DNA of 64,000 bases from the NCBI GenBank assembly GCA_016201765.1, contig JACQCE010000062.1:11419-75418 (forward strand), in the 5' to 3' direction. Made by a program: the position numbers and the translations under genes. Under the pieces are notes generated by a model. That model did not search any database. It had not been told where the DNA came from and was given only the letters and a program-made list of their open reading frames with translations. The stretch's first letter is position 1. Each line of letters begins with the position of its first letter. This document shows positions 36,419 through 45,727 of the stretch, piece by piece. Source of the DNA: Nitrospirota bacterium. GTDB lineage: Bacteria; Nitrospirota; Nitrospiria; JACQCE01.

Positions 36419-38014
36419 ATGGAGTCCTCCCTTCAAGCTGCAAAGCCAAACTTCCTGATTGTCATTGGCGTGCTCACCGCTATCGTATGCGTTGCAACAT
36501 CGGCAACCTGTGCAACAGGCATCATTTCTGACGTTCCAGAAGCCAAAAATCTTCTCATCCAAGCAAGCCATATCGCCGCAAAAATTAATGACAAATGGCA
36601 TATTAATGAACAACATGCCCTGGAACGAATTGCCCTCGCCCAGATCAATATTCAGGCACTTGAAGATGCTTTCAACACACTGTCGCTCATCAAAGAGGGA
36701 GACAAAGATCAGATATTGATCGCGATTGCTAAAGCTCAAACCCAAATAGGTGACGTCAAGGCCGCTCAACAAACAGCCAAAATGTTTAGATCAGGAATCA
36801 ACCAAAGCCATGCTCTGGCGGCAATCGCCGCCGCACAAGCACAATCTGCAAACGTCGATGCTGCACTAAAAACCGCATCCCTCATTGATCCTAAGACATC
36901 AGGGTATGAAATAGCCTACCAACAAATTTCTCGAGCCCAAATAGCAGACGGCAATCTAGACAGCGCACTAGTGACGGCCTCCCCCATTATGGACATCACG
37001 CCCTATGCTTTATGGGGCGCCATGAACGACCTCGTCTCAATTGGGAATCTGGATAGTGCCCGTCAATTAGCATCAAAAATCCCTGACCCATATCAGAAAG
37101 GATATGCCCTTGAAGGGTTGGTCGTGGCGCAGCTTCAAACAGGAGACATTCAGGGAGCGTTACACACTGCCGCCTCCATTGAAGCCGGCCATCCTCAAGC
37201 AAGCGCGCTCAAAGCCATTGCCGATAAACAGTTGAAAACTGGAGACAGCTCGGCTGCCCGACACACCCTCCAAGACGCCATTCAAGCGACAACACGCATT
37301 ACTAATAGCGGTGATATTGCCAAATCGGACATCTTGTGGCGTATTGCCGCCACTCAAGCGGCCGCTGGCGATCTCAATGGGGCAAAAGTGACCGCCGCTG
37401 CCATTAAAACCGAAGCCCATAAAGCCTTCGCCTTTCACGATATTGCCAGAGCACAGATTGCTCGCGGCGATATCGAGGGCGCACGAAAAACGATCAAGCA
37501 GATTGCAGAAGAACCGATCAGCCAATCCAATACTCGCTCCGTCGCTGAGCTAGACATTGCCGGTGCTCAGGTCAAGGCTGGCCATCTTTCCGACGCAAAG
37601 GCAACTGTCGACAGCCTAAACAAAGAGTATCGACAGACCGGGCTGGGTACAATTGCCAGGGTGCAGGCTGAGACAGGGGATTTCACTGGAGCCATGGAAA
37701 CTGTTGCCGCGATCAAAGACACCGACGTCAAATCTTCTACACTGCATGAAATCGCCCAAGCACAAACAAATGCAGGGGATTTTAAAGGTGCCGTGCAAAC
37801 AGTCGCCTTGATTCCAGATCAAGAACCGCAATGGCAGAAATTCGACACCCTGCGTGACATTTCTCGCGCTAGAGTAAAGACAACAAACGCAAAAGAGGTT
37901 CTTGCTTGGGCGAATACGATTACAAATCCGCTGGAGCATTCGGCCGCTTTACTCGGCATCGCCGAGGGCTTAATAAAAGAAAACCACTCACTGCCCCATA
38001 TCACTGCCCCATAA
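36419..38014 (+). CDS. Secreted TPR-like helical repeat protein on a lower-GC islet
   Basis: SD AAGGAGG; hydrophobic N-terminus; many IAxAQxxxGDxxxAxxTA repeats. Confidence 0.8.
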   Translation: MESSLQAAKPNFLIVIGVLTAIVCVATSATCATGIISDVPEAKNLLIQASHIAAKINDKWHINEQHALERIALAQINIQALEDAFNTLSLIKEGDKDQILIAIAKAQTQIGDVKAAQQTAKMFRSGINQSHALAAIAAAQAQSANVDAALKTASLIDPKTSGYEIAYQQISRAQIADGNLDSALVTASPIMDITPYALWGAMNDLVSIGNLDSARQLASKIPDPYQKGYALEGLVVAQLQTGDIQGALHTAASIEAGHPQASALKAIADKQLKTGDSSAARHTLQDAIQATTRITNSGDIAKSDILWRIAATQAAAGDLNGAKVTAAAIKTEAHKAFAFHDIARAQIARGDIEGARKTIKQIAEEPISQSNTRSVAELDIAGAQVKAGHLSDAKATVDSLNKEYRQTGLGTIARVQAETGDFTGAMETVAAIKDTDVKSSTLHEIAQAQTNAGDFKGAVQTVALIPDQEPQWQKFDTLRDISRARVKTTNAKEVLAWANTITNPLEHSAALLGIAEGLIKENHSLPHITAP

Positions 38015-38017
38015 ATA

Positions 38018-38124
38018 ACGCCAAGGCGGTCATGCGCCACTACGCACGGGCATCCTACCGGTTGTTTTACTATCCGAACGACGGGCTGGAGGATCTGGGG
38101 TTCCGGTGCGTCAAACCGGTATAG
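38018..38124 (+). repeat. 107-bp direct repeat, right copy (orphan FGE 3' end)
   Basis: Encodes AKAVMRHYARASYRLFYYPNDGLEDLGFRCVKPV*. Confidence 0.95.
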
Positions 38125-38126
38125 CA

Positions 38127-38251
38127 GTGACGAGTGTCGAGTGACAAGTGGCAAAAATGAAAATGCCGAATTTCGAATAAAGATCGCCTAACAATACTTC
38201 TACTCGACACTTGTCACTCGTCACTTATCACTATCACTCATCACTCGCCAC
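38127..38251. repeat. Heptamer tandem-repeat hairpin between convergent genes
   Basis: (GTGACGA-like)n ... (TCACTCG-like)n. Confidence 0.75.
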
Positions 38252-38454
38252 TATTCCTTCTTCCCCGTCGTATCAATCTTCAACCACGCGCTGATCGGAC
38301 AGTAGGCCGTCACGGCCGTCAGCAGGCCGGCAACCCCCACAATCCCGAAGACCACCTTCCAGACCAGTTGATCGGTGGCAAAAAACAGCGCCAGACAGAG
38401 AAATCCAACCCCGAAGCGAAAGATCCGGTCCACCATGCCGACGTTCTGCTTCAT
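38251..38454 (-). CDS. DUF2892 (YgaP-like) small membrane protein
   Basis: NVGMVDRIFR, two TMs, YCP. Confidence 0.85.
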   Translation of the reverse strand: MKQNVGMVDRIFRFGVGFLCLALFFATDQLVWKVVFGIVGVAGLLTAVTAYCPISAWLKIDTTGKKE

Positions 38455-38520
38455 GACGACACCTCTGCGACCTTCGTCATTGCTGGAGAGCGGACTTGAA
38501 CCCACCCCTACGGCACAGGG

Positions 38521-39300
38521 CTATTCCTTCGTCGGGGGCTCGATCGTCTTGTCGGAGCGAAGCGTGCTCAGATAGGCGGTGATGGCCAGCGCCTCGTCAT
38601 CGGAGAGGCCGAAGTTTGGCATTTTCGTATCGCGCTTGATCGACTGCGGCGCCTTGATCCACCGGTAGACCCACCAGGGATTCAACCGGATGCCCGACCG
38701 GCTCAGATCGGGCCCCACATGGCCGCCCTTCTCATCGATGGCATGGCAGGAGGAGCAGACAAATTTTGACCGATAGAGATGCGCTCCCTTCTCCTCAAGC
38801 GCCTTCAACTGATCCGGTTTGTAGTCGGCCAGGCTGATCTTGGCGGTGACCTGGGCGGCATGCCGTTCCGTGCTCAACGGCTTGCTGAAATCGACCTTGC
38901 CCGCCTCATTCTTCTGCAGCGTGCGGACATAGGCCACGATCGACCAGCGCTCCTCGTCCGACAGCGTGTATTTGAACGTGGGCATGATCGCCGGCACCCA
39001 GTTGTCCTCGGGCTTGGTGTCCTTCTCTTCCACGATATCCCGGCTGAGCGTGGCGTAGATTTCCTCGTTCGTCTGGGGGCCGATGTACTCTTCCCTCGAG
39101 TCGGTCAAATCGCGGGGATGCGGGTCCAGGAATTTGGCGTTGAAGCCGTCACCCTTCCCCTTCGGCCCGTGGCAATGAATGCAGTAGTACTGGAAGAGCT
39201 CCCGCCCCTTCGTCACATGCGGATCCTGAAAAAAGCTGCATCCGCCAACCCCCACCATAATCGCCAGCACGGCGACCGCCCATCCGATCAGCTGTTTCAT
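38521..39300 (-). CDS. Di-heme cytochrome c lipoprotein
   Basis: VGGC lipobox; CIHCH and CSSCH; distal MP motifs. Confidence 0.9.
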   Translation of the reverse strand: MKQLIGWAVAVLAIMVGVGGCSFFQDPHVTKGRELFQYYCIHCHGPKGKGDGFNAKFLDPHPRDLTDSREEYIGPQTNEEIYATLSRDIVEEKDTKPEDNWVPAIMPTFKYTLSDEERWSIVAYVRTLQKNEAGKVDFSKPLSTERHAAQVTAKISLADYKPDQLKALEEKGAHLYRSKFVCSSCHAIDEKGGHVGPDLSRSGIRLNPWWVYRWIKAPQSIKRDTKMPNFGLSDDEALAITAYLSTLRSDKTIEPPTKE

Positions 39301-39593
39301 GGCGTTGATCCCTTCTTCTTCGATCCGGTCTCTTTTGAACCGGTTTTTTCCAGGTCCGCCACGGCGGCCTCGGCCAGACCGATGATCCGTTCCATCTGAC
39401 GGATCCGCTCCTCCGGTGTCACGGCGGGCCCCAGTATCACCGGCTCGGGGCCCTGTTCCGCTTCGGATTCTTCGACCCCCTCAATGACGACCTTCTTGTG
39501 CACCGGCAACGCCAGCCAGCCACCGAGGATCACCACCACGCAGACGGTGATAAAGACGGTCAGAAACAATCCCTGATCTTTCGGCGGCTGCAC
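39297..39593 (-). CDS. Small single-TM protein within the respiratory operon
   Basis: One TM; tightly packed between cytochrome b and cytochrome c genes. Confidence 0.65.
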   Translation of the reverse strand: MQPPKDQGLFLTVFITVCVVVILGGWLALPVHKKVVIEGVEESEAEQGPEPVILGPAVTPEERIRQMERIIGLAEAAVADLEKTGSKETGSKKKGSTP

Positions 39594-39596
39594 GCG

Positions 39597-40676
39597 TCAC
39601 TCCCGAAACATGATGGCCCGGACCGTGAGGATGACGATCGACGTCATCACCACCACCCAGGAAGTCAGGGCGATCGGCCGTTTGAAAATGTTCCGCTCTG
39701 GGCTCCGGTCGATGAACGGCAACGCCGCCAGGAGCAGCAGGAAGAGCGTAGGGAGCAGAATAGCTCCAAGGAACTCGCCAAACTCGCCGGAGAAGAGGAA
39801 CGCCAGCGCCGGATCCCTGAGCAATTGGAACAGGAACAGGAAATACCATTCCGGTTCCGGGTTCAGTCCGGAGGCGACCGGACTGGCCTCCTCCAGCATT
39901 TCGTGCGGCCATCGAACGGCCAGCGTGCAGACGATGACGAACACCAGCCCCATGACCACAATATCCTTCCAGACCTGCGTCGGGAAGAAGTATTCCATCT
40001 TCTCCTTGAGCTCTTTCGTGGTGCCTCGAAACGGGCCCGCCGGACCGGCTTTTCGAAACAGAAAAATATGCAGACCGGCCACCGCCATCAACGCGGCGGG
40101 CAGGATCATGATGTGGATCACAAAAAAGCGGCTCAGCGTCTGGGCCCCAGGCACGGGACCGCCCCGAAGGAAGCGCCCCAGGAAATCACCGAGGATCGGC
40201 GCCTTGTCGACGATCTCAATGCCGATCACCGTGGCCCAGTAGGACCGCTGGTCCCACGGCAGCAGATAGCCGGTAAATCCGAAGCCGATGACGATCAGGA
40301 ACAACAGGAGGCCGGCCAGCCAGACCATCTCGCGCGGTTTCTTGTAGGCGCCCCAGAGATAGACCTGGGAGATGTGCATGATCAGCACCGCCACCATGGC
40401 GGACGATCCCCACAGGTGATAGCTGAGGATGAACCAGCCGAAGTCGACCTTTTCGATGATGTATTTGGTGCTTTCCCAGGCGTGATCGGCGGTGGGGGCG
40501 TAATAGAACATCAACAGCAGGCCGGTGACCGCCTGCATGATGAAGATGAACAAGAGCGCCGACCCGAAGACGTAGGCGTAGCGGGCGCCGCCGGCCATCG
40601 GCTCGTTGAGCATCTTGGCCTGGAGGCCCTTCAGGTCGATCCGTTCGTCAATCCATCGATAGACAGCCTCAAACAT
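39597..40676 (-). CDS. Cytochrome b subunit of a bc-type complex (b6 plus subunit IV in one chain)
   Basis: YHLWGSS and MHISQV His ligands, GYLLPWDQ, FFVIH..GLH, PEWY. Confidence 0.93.
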   Translation of the reverse strand: MFEAVYRWIDERIDLKGLQAKMLNEPMAGGARYAYVFGSALLFIFIMQAVTGLLLMFYYAPTADHAWESTKYIIEKVDFGWFILSYHLWGSSAMVAVLIMHISQVYLWGAYKKPREMVWLAGLLLFLIVIGFGFTGYLLPWDQRSYWATVIGIEIVDKAPILGDFLGRFLRGGPVPGAQTLSRFFVIHIMILPAALMAVAGLHIFLFRKAGPAGPFRGTTKELKEKMEYFFPTQVWKDIVVMGLVFVIVCTLAVRWPHEMLEEASPVASGLNPEPEWYFLFLFQLLRDPALAFLFSGEFGEFLGAILLPTLFLLLLAALPFIDRSPERNIFKRPIALTSWVVVMTSIVILTVRAIMFRE

Positions 40677-40678
40677 AA

Positions 40679-41617
40679 CTAGGCGATCCGGACCTGTTCG
40701 GCCTTGCCGGCCTTGAACTCCATGTCGATGATTTCCACCTCGCCGCTGCCGGAAATTTTCAACGGGAGCACGTCGAGGCGGCGCGGCGCGGGACCATCCA
40801 ACACCGTGCCGCTTGGATCGAAGACGCTCAAATGACAGGGACAGACGAAAACCTGGCCAAACCGCTTGTGTTTCCGCCAGCGAAAGGCGCAGCCCAGATG
40901 CGTGCACTTGCCGGAGAGCACGGCGATGTCCGCGTCCTTCTTGTTGACCCAGATCAGGGTGCCCTTGTCATCACGGAATTCATGATCGCCGTTCGGATAG
41001 ATTTTGTCCCTCAATTCCGGCGTCAATTTGATCACCCAGTGGGATTTCTCGTAGTGCCGGGTGATGTATCCTTCGAGAACCGTTTTCTGGAATTTAAAGA
41101 GCTTGGGCACCCCGGGCTCCTGCCCCATGGCGTTGATCGCGCCCAGTTTGATCCAGAGGTTGGTGAACGGTTGATACAGCGGATAGATCAGATAGCGCAC
41201 CACCGGGAACACCAGGGGCAGCGCCAACATGGCGCCGATCACGTTTGTAAACCGGGTGAAAAACTGCCGGCGGGACAGGTCCTTCTCGAGCACGGGCAGC
41301 GGCACCAGCACCCCGCCGGGAGTCACCTGATCGAGATTGCGCTCCAGATGGGGAATCTCCACATCGTGGATCGTGACGAAATCGTCGCGCCGAAACGGCG
41401 CGGACGCCGCCGCAAGGGCGCCGGAGGCGCACGTCAACCGAACCTCCCGCTCGGTGCAGCCGGCGATGAGACCGTCGATCGCCACGACCGATTCCCGGCC
41501 GTCGGCCTTGATCACCAGATGGCTGACGGACTTGGCAATCGGATCGGCGATGACGTACGAGACTTCGCCGACCTCCCGATCGGTGCAGATGACTTTGGCT
41601 GTGATCCTGGGCTGCAT
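40679..41617 (-). CDS. Rieske 2Fe-2S subunit with N-terminal PRC-barrel-like domain
   Basis: CTHLGC, CPCH, GPAPR; internal SRRQFF followed by a TM. Confidence 0.9.
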   Translation of the reverse strand: MQPRITAKVICTDREVGEVSYVIADPIAKSVSHLVIKADGRESVVAIDGLIAGCTEREVRLTCASGALAAASAPFRRDDFVTIHDVEIPHLERNLDQVTPGGVLVPLPVLEKDLSRRQFFTRFTNVIGAMLALPLVFPVVRYLIYPLYQPFTNLWIKLGAINAMGQEPGVPKLFKFQKTVLEGYITRHYEKSHWVIKLTPELRDKIYPNGDHEFRDDKGTLIWVNKKDADIAVLSGKCTHLGCAFRWRKHKRFGQVFVCPCHLSVFDPSGTVLDGPAPRRLDVLPLKISGSGEVEIIDMEFKAGKAEQVRIA

Positions 41618-41632
41618 CCCGTCACCGCACCA

Positions 41633-42493
41633 TTACTTGACAGAATAGCCCGGCGGGAAGACCGGCTGGGGGGTATCCGCGGCCGTATTTTTGAGCGTCA
41701 GCAGGAACGTGACAAGGGCGTGCAGTTCTTCTTCGCTCATGACTTCGGCAAATTTCTCCGGCATCTTGTCCTTCCCCTCCGCCTGTTTTTCAAATCCCTT
41801 GGCATGCCAGGCTTTGGGGTGGAAGACCTTGTCCTTGAGCTGCGCCTCGGTGGCCAGGTTGCCGATGTTCTCAAGAATGGGCCCGCGCTTTTTGCTCTTC
41901 TTGCCGCCGATCTGGTGGCAGTTGTAGCATTCGTGATCCTGGAACACCAGTTTGCCCCGCTCGACCGGATCCATGCCGGAGAGATTGGCGGCGGGCGCCG
42001 AGGCGGGCTTCGCCGGGGCGGAGGCCTCAACCGATCCGACCTCCAAATGGGCGCCGGCGGCCTGCAACTGGTTCAGCTTGGCCGCCAGCTCATCCGCCTT
42101 GGCTGAGAGCTCTTTCGTCCGTTGCATCAAGGAGGCGGTTTGTTCATCGCTTAGACGATATTTGACGGTTTTCCTCGCGATGCCGGCGACTTCAATCTTC
42201 GAATCAAATTGGGGCAGCAGGGTGCCGGCGGTCACCAGAATCGCCGAACAAATCAGGTAAAACACGATAATGCCGAGCCCGGCCTTCCAGCCCATGAGCG
42301 GCGTGGGCGATGGCGCGTCAAGCGCGACAAAAATGATCAATCCCAGCACCGCATAACTGACATACATCCATTGAAAAATCCTGGGAAAGCCCAACGATCC
42401 GCTGACAAACCACAACGCCACGGCGGCGACCACCGCGGCCACGAGCTTCCAGCGGATAATCTGCATCCAGCTTTTGGGTGCGTGTGCGCTCAT
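41633..42493 (-). CDS. Membrane-bound mono-heme cytochrome c (3 TM plus coiled coil)
   Basis: CYNCH and KMP; ATGA overlap with the bd-like gene. Confidence 0.85.
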   Translation of the reverse strand: MSAHAPKSWMQIIRWKLVAAVVAAVALWFVSGSLGFPRIFQWMYVSYAVLGLIIFVALDAPSPTPLMGWKAGLGIIVFYLICSAILVTAGTLLPQFDSKIEVAGIARKTVKYRLSDEQTASLMQRTKELSAKADELAAKLNQLQAAGAHLEVGSVEASAPAKPASAPAANLSGMDPVERGKLVFQDHECYNCHQIGGKKSKKRGPILENIGNLATEAQLKDKVFHPKAWHAKGFEKQAEGKDKMPEKFAEVMSEEELHALVTFLLTLKNTAADTPQPVFPPGYSVK

Positions 42494-44406
42494 GATTGCG
42501 CCCCCTTCTTCGCCGTATGCCCGGCTCCGAGCGCCAGCCAGATCGCCAGGCTGACCACCGCGAAGAAAATGACCGCCAAGATCGTAATCACCACGGCTGA
42601 ATAGCCCAACGTCGGCGTAAAGTTGTTCGGGCTCAAATCCGGGAGAACATCGTAGATGTGAAAATATTTTCTCAGCGAGGAACGGATCACACCCATCAAT
42701 CCCATCGTCCAGATTGCGCCGAAGGCCAGAAAGATCAACGCAAACTGCGAGGAAAAGTCGATTTTGCCCCATCGGATCGTGCCGCGTTTGATCGCCCGTG
42801 TGTACAGGATGAAGCTCACCAGAATCATCAACACCATCAGCCCCACGGCGGTCAGTTTGGCCGGCATCAACGCCAGAAAATCCCAGTTCGACGGCAGCGA
42901 CAGAAACGCTTCATTCTCGTCGGTCAGCGAGGAGACGGCCCCCACAAACGCGTGCGGCGTCATCCAGGTGGCGTTCCCGAGCAGCAGGATCAGGAAGGCG
43001 CATTTGATCACCAGTTCACGACGGCGCAGGCCGAACCGCTCGAGCGCCAGCAGCAACTGCGCCAACAACCGGACGGGCAGCACCAACAGACTGCGGCCCG
43101 GCGACGACGACGAACCGCGCGTCATCGCATTGGACGAACTGGCAATGAGCACCGCCAGGGGGAAGAGGAGGAGCAGCAACGACAAGCCCAGCCCCTCGTG
43201 GGCATGCAAGGAGAAGACGTAGAAAATCGATCCGAGGAGCGCGCCCTGCCCGACCAGAAACGCGATCCCTGCGCCCCACTGCCCGTTGTACATCTGCCCC
43301 AGCCCCGGGACGATAGCCGACAACACACCCGCGACAAGTTTCTGGGACACCGCAGTGGAATAATCCGGGATCTCAATCCGTTTCAGACTCATCCAGATGT
43401 AATAGGCGCTTGCCAGAAAAATCAGGCCGATCATCCCCCCTTGCATGATGAAAAACATCGAGAGTTGGTCGGCCATCATGTACGGACCGATCGAAGCGTC
43501 ATAATCATAGAATTCGGCGGCGTACACATACCCCATCAACGGCAACACCAGCAACGCGCTGATCCCGATGAAGTTGCCGACGAACCCCATCCAGTCGTAG
43601 TAGGCGCGTTCTTCATCCGTCTTGGAGAACATGTACATGTACGCGGCAATCAATCCGGTGATAAACCCGCCGAATGTGACATTGCCGGCCAGACGGTGGA
43701 AGTTCATCGGCATCCAGCTGAAGTTGTTCATCTTGTCCCAGAGCGTCGCCGTCGTCTCGATAAAGTCCCGAAGGTTCATGGTCATCCCCTCGGGGGCCTT
43801 GACCGGCGTATTCATAAACGACGTGGGACCATCGATCGCGAACAACGTCACGATCCCGATCACATTGAGCAGCACCCCGATGGCCAGGTGGCGGCCCTTC
43901 TTGTCGCCCTGCAGTCCATCCCATGTGTACCAGTAGAAATACAGGACCAACGTCTCGAGGATAAACAACAGGGGATAGCCGATGCCCATGATCAGAAAGA
44001 AGTGATTGAACAACCAGCCGGTGAAATCGGGATAAAGGGTCACCAGCGCCAGCAGGAAGAAGCCCCCCGTCAGGGCGGTCATGCTGTAGAGGATGGCCGT
44101 GATCTTCGTGACTTCCTTGGCGAGCCGGTCGTATTTCGGATCATGGCTCCGCACCCCCAGCCATTCCGAGATCACCACGAAAATCGGCGCCCCAAGAACA
44201 AACGCGGCAAACAGAATATGGAGCTGGGCCAGCGCCCAGACCGCCACCCGATTGCCCACATACGGGAAATGCGCGGGCTTGAGGATTTCAATCGTTTGGG
44301 CCAGCACCGACGGGGCGACCAGCGCCACCAAGATGGCGCAGGCAGTCAGCACAACCATTGCTCGCCCCCAGCCCGAATGGCGGGATGTCCGCATTCCAGC
44401 TCTCAT
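42490..44406 (-). CDS. Cytochrome bd-like oxidase subunit I (CydA-like, no obvious Q-loop)
   Basis: AQLHILFAAFVLG, LFILET, SFMNTP, NFHRLAGN, MGVIRS. Confidence 0.85.
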   Translation of the reverse strand: MRAGMRTSRHSGWGRAMVVLTACAILVALVAPSVLAQTIEILKPAHFPYVGNRVAVWALAQLHILFAAFVLGAPIFVVISEWLGVRSHDPKYDRLAKEVTKITAILYSMTALTGGFFLLALVTLYPDFTGWLFNHFFLIMGIGYPLLFILETLVLYFYWYTWDGLQGDKKGRHLAIGVLLNVIGIVTLFAIDGPTSFMNTPVKAPEGMTMNLRDFIETTATLWDKMNNFSWMPMNFHRLAGNVTFGGFITGLIAAYMYMFSKTDEERAYYDWMGFVGNFIGISALLVLPLMGYVYAAEFYDYDASIGPYMMADQLSMFFIMQGGMIGLIFLASAYYIWMSLKRIEIPDYSTAVSQKLVAGVLSAIVPGLGQMYNGQWGAGIAFLVGQGALLGSIFYVFSLHAHEGLGLSLLLLLFPLAVLIASSSNAMTRGSSSSPGRSLLVLPVRLLAQLLLALERFGLRRRELVIKCAFLILLLGNATWMTPHAFVGAVSSLTDENEAFLSLPSNWDFLALMPAKLTAVGLMVLMILVSFILYTRAIKRGTIRWGKIDFSSQFALIFLAFGAIWTMGLMGVIRSSLRKYFHIYDVLPDLSPNNFTPTLGYSAVVITILAVIFFAVVSLAIWLALGAGHTAKKGAQS

Positions 44407-44411
44407 GTCCG

Positions 44412-44897
44412 TCACTGTGCCGGCGGTGGGACGTACTCTTTGCTGTGATCGGCCGGTTGCCCTCCATGTGCGAAGGTATTCTCGTAGGCCATCACCTTCC
44501 AGCGTTGTTCCTCGGTCAATTTGGTCTTCCACGCCTTCATCTTGGTGTTCGGCACCCCTTCGGAAATTCTCCAGAACCAGAAGCTGTCGGAGAAGTGTTT
44601 CATGTTCTCACCCACGCGGAAATCGCGGGCCCCGCGCTTCTTGGGCTTGCCGTCCCGGCCGTGGCAGCTGGCGCAGTTGACGTCCACGTCGAGTTTGCCT
44701 TCAAAAATATCTTTGCCTTCCGCCACAATCTTGGGATCCATCCACCACCCGTCCGGCATGTGCTTGTCGGCATATTCGGCGGGCACCGGCGGGAAGACCA
44801 CCGGGTTTTCCCCGCCCCCCTCGCCGCACCCGAAGATGAATAATAAAGACATGACCGACAGCCCCGCCGCCACTCGACCCATCTGCACTCGCCCCAT
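44412..44897 (-). CDS. Mono-heme cytochrome c lipoprotein
   Basis: FIFGC lipobox, CASCH, TKMKAW; SD AAAGGAG. Confidence 0.88.
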   Translation of the reverse strand: MGRVQMGRVAAGLSVMSLLFIFGCGEGGGENPVVFPPVPAEYADKHMPDGWWMDPKIVAEGKDIFEGKLDVDVNCASCHGRDGKPKKRGARDFRVGENMKHFSDSFWFWRISEGVPNTKMKAWKTKLTEEQRWKVMAYENTFAHGGQPADHSKEYVPPPAQ

Positions 44898-45001
44898 CCG
44901 ATCCGACTCCTTTCTGTGCCGTGTCACCAATGCGCCCCGTTTGCCGGGAAACGCATCAAGCTGTTATCGCCTCATCCTCAGGAAAAACCGCGCAGTCCCC
45001 A

Positions 45002-45538
45002 TCAGGCCCGGCGCTTTTTCAGCGACCGTCCCCCCTTCGCCCGGCCGGCGCGCGATCGGGCATACAACGCCACCGACACGCCGGCAAGCACGGCCAGCAC
45101 CGCACCGCCCCCCCACCAGAACTGATTCACGCTCTGCCCGCCGGGTTGAGCTGCCGGCGCGGCTGCGGCCCCGAAACTTACCTCCATCCGCCGTTCAGTT
45201 GACTTATCCTGTGGATTAAATTCGGCCGAGATCCGTTTGGTGTCATCGCCAGTGGAGACCTCAATCGGTTCGCCCAGATCGGTGTCATGAACATGGAGGG
45301 TCGATTCATAGTAGCCCTGCCGGTCGGTAAACGCCGTGGCGCCCTCTCCCAAGCGCGTTGCGCTGATGATCACACGGGCGTCGGCGACCGGCTTGCCCTG
45401 GGCGTCCCTGACAGTGCCGTAGATGGTCAACCGATGATCGACCTCGTGCATCGCCAGCGCCACTGAGCCATCCCATGCCCCACCCCCGAGCATCGCTCCC
45501 AACAGCAGCAGCACCCGCCAGATCCGCCGGCGGTTCAT
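45002..45538 (-). CDS. Carboxypeptidase-regulatory-like (beta-sandwich) protein with C-terminal TM
   Basis: Signal peptide, HEVDHR, IYGTVRDAQGKPV, TDRQGYY. Confidence 0.7.
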   Translation of the reverse strand: MNRRRIWRVLLLLGAMLGGGAWDGSVALAMHEVDHRLTIYGTVRDAQGKPVADARVIISATRLGEGATAFTDRQGYYESTLHVHDTDLGEPIEVSTGDDTKRISAEFNPQDKSTERRMEVSFGAAAAPAAQPGGQSVNQFWWGGGAVLAVLAGVSVALYARSRAGRAKGGRSLKKRRA

Positions 45539-45657
45539 TCGGCCTCTTGCGCCGTTGTTTTTCCCCAGCACAGCGCACACACCATAGAACCGTCGATCAA
45601 CAGAGGCCGCATCCGATACCGATATAAAACCAAATCTTTCTGCCGAATAAGGCCACA

Positions 45658-45686
45658 CTTATAGCATAGGGGGTCTGTAATGTCAA
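45658..45686 (-). promoter_or_regulatory. Promoter of the respiratory operon
   Basis: Minus strand TTGACA-N17-TATAAG with extended TG. Confidence 0.65.
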
Positions 45687-45727
45687 CAAAAAATGGGCGT
45701 CGCCACAACCTCGAAACTCTCGTCAAA

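Noticed and set aside
36188..38124. Diversity-generating retroelement: FGE/C-lectin-fold gene with a roughly 100-bp copy of its 3' end (VR/TR-like)
   Set aside because: Only 1 of 4 mismatches has A in the putative template, the repeat is not AAC-rich, and there is no reverse transcriptase or avd gene in the window; an insertion duplication fits better
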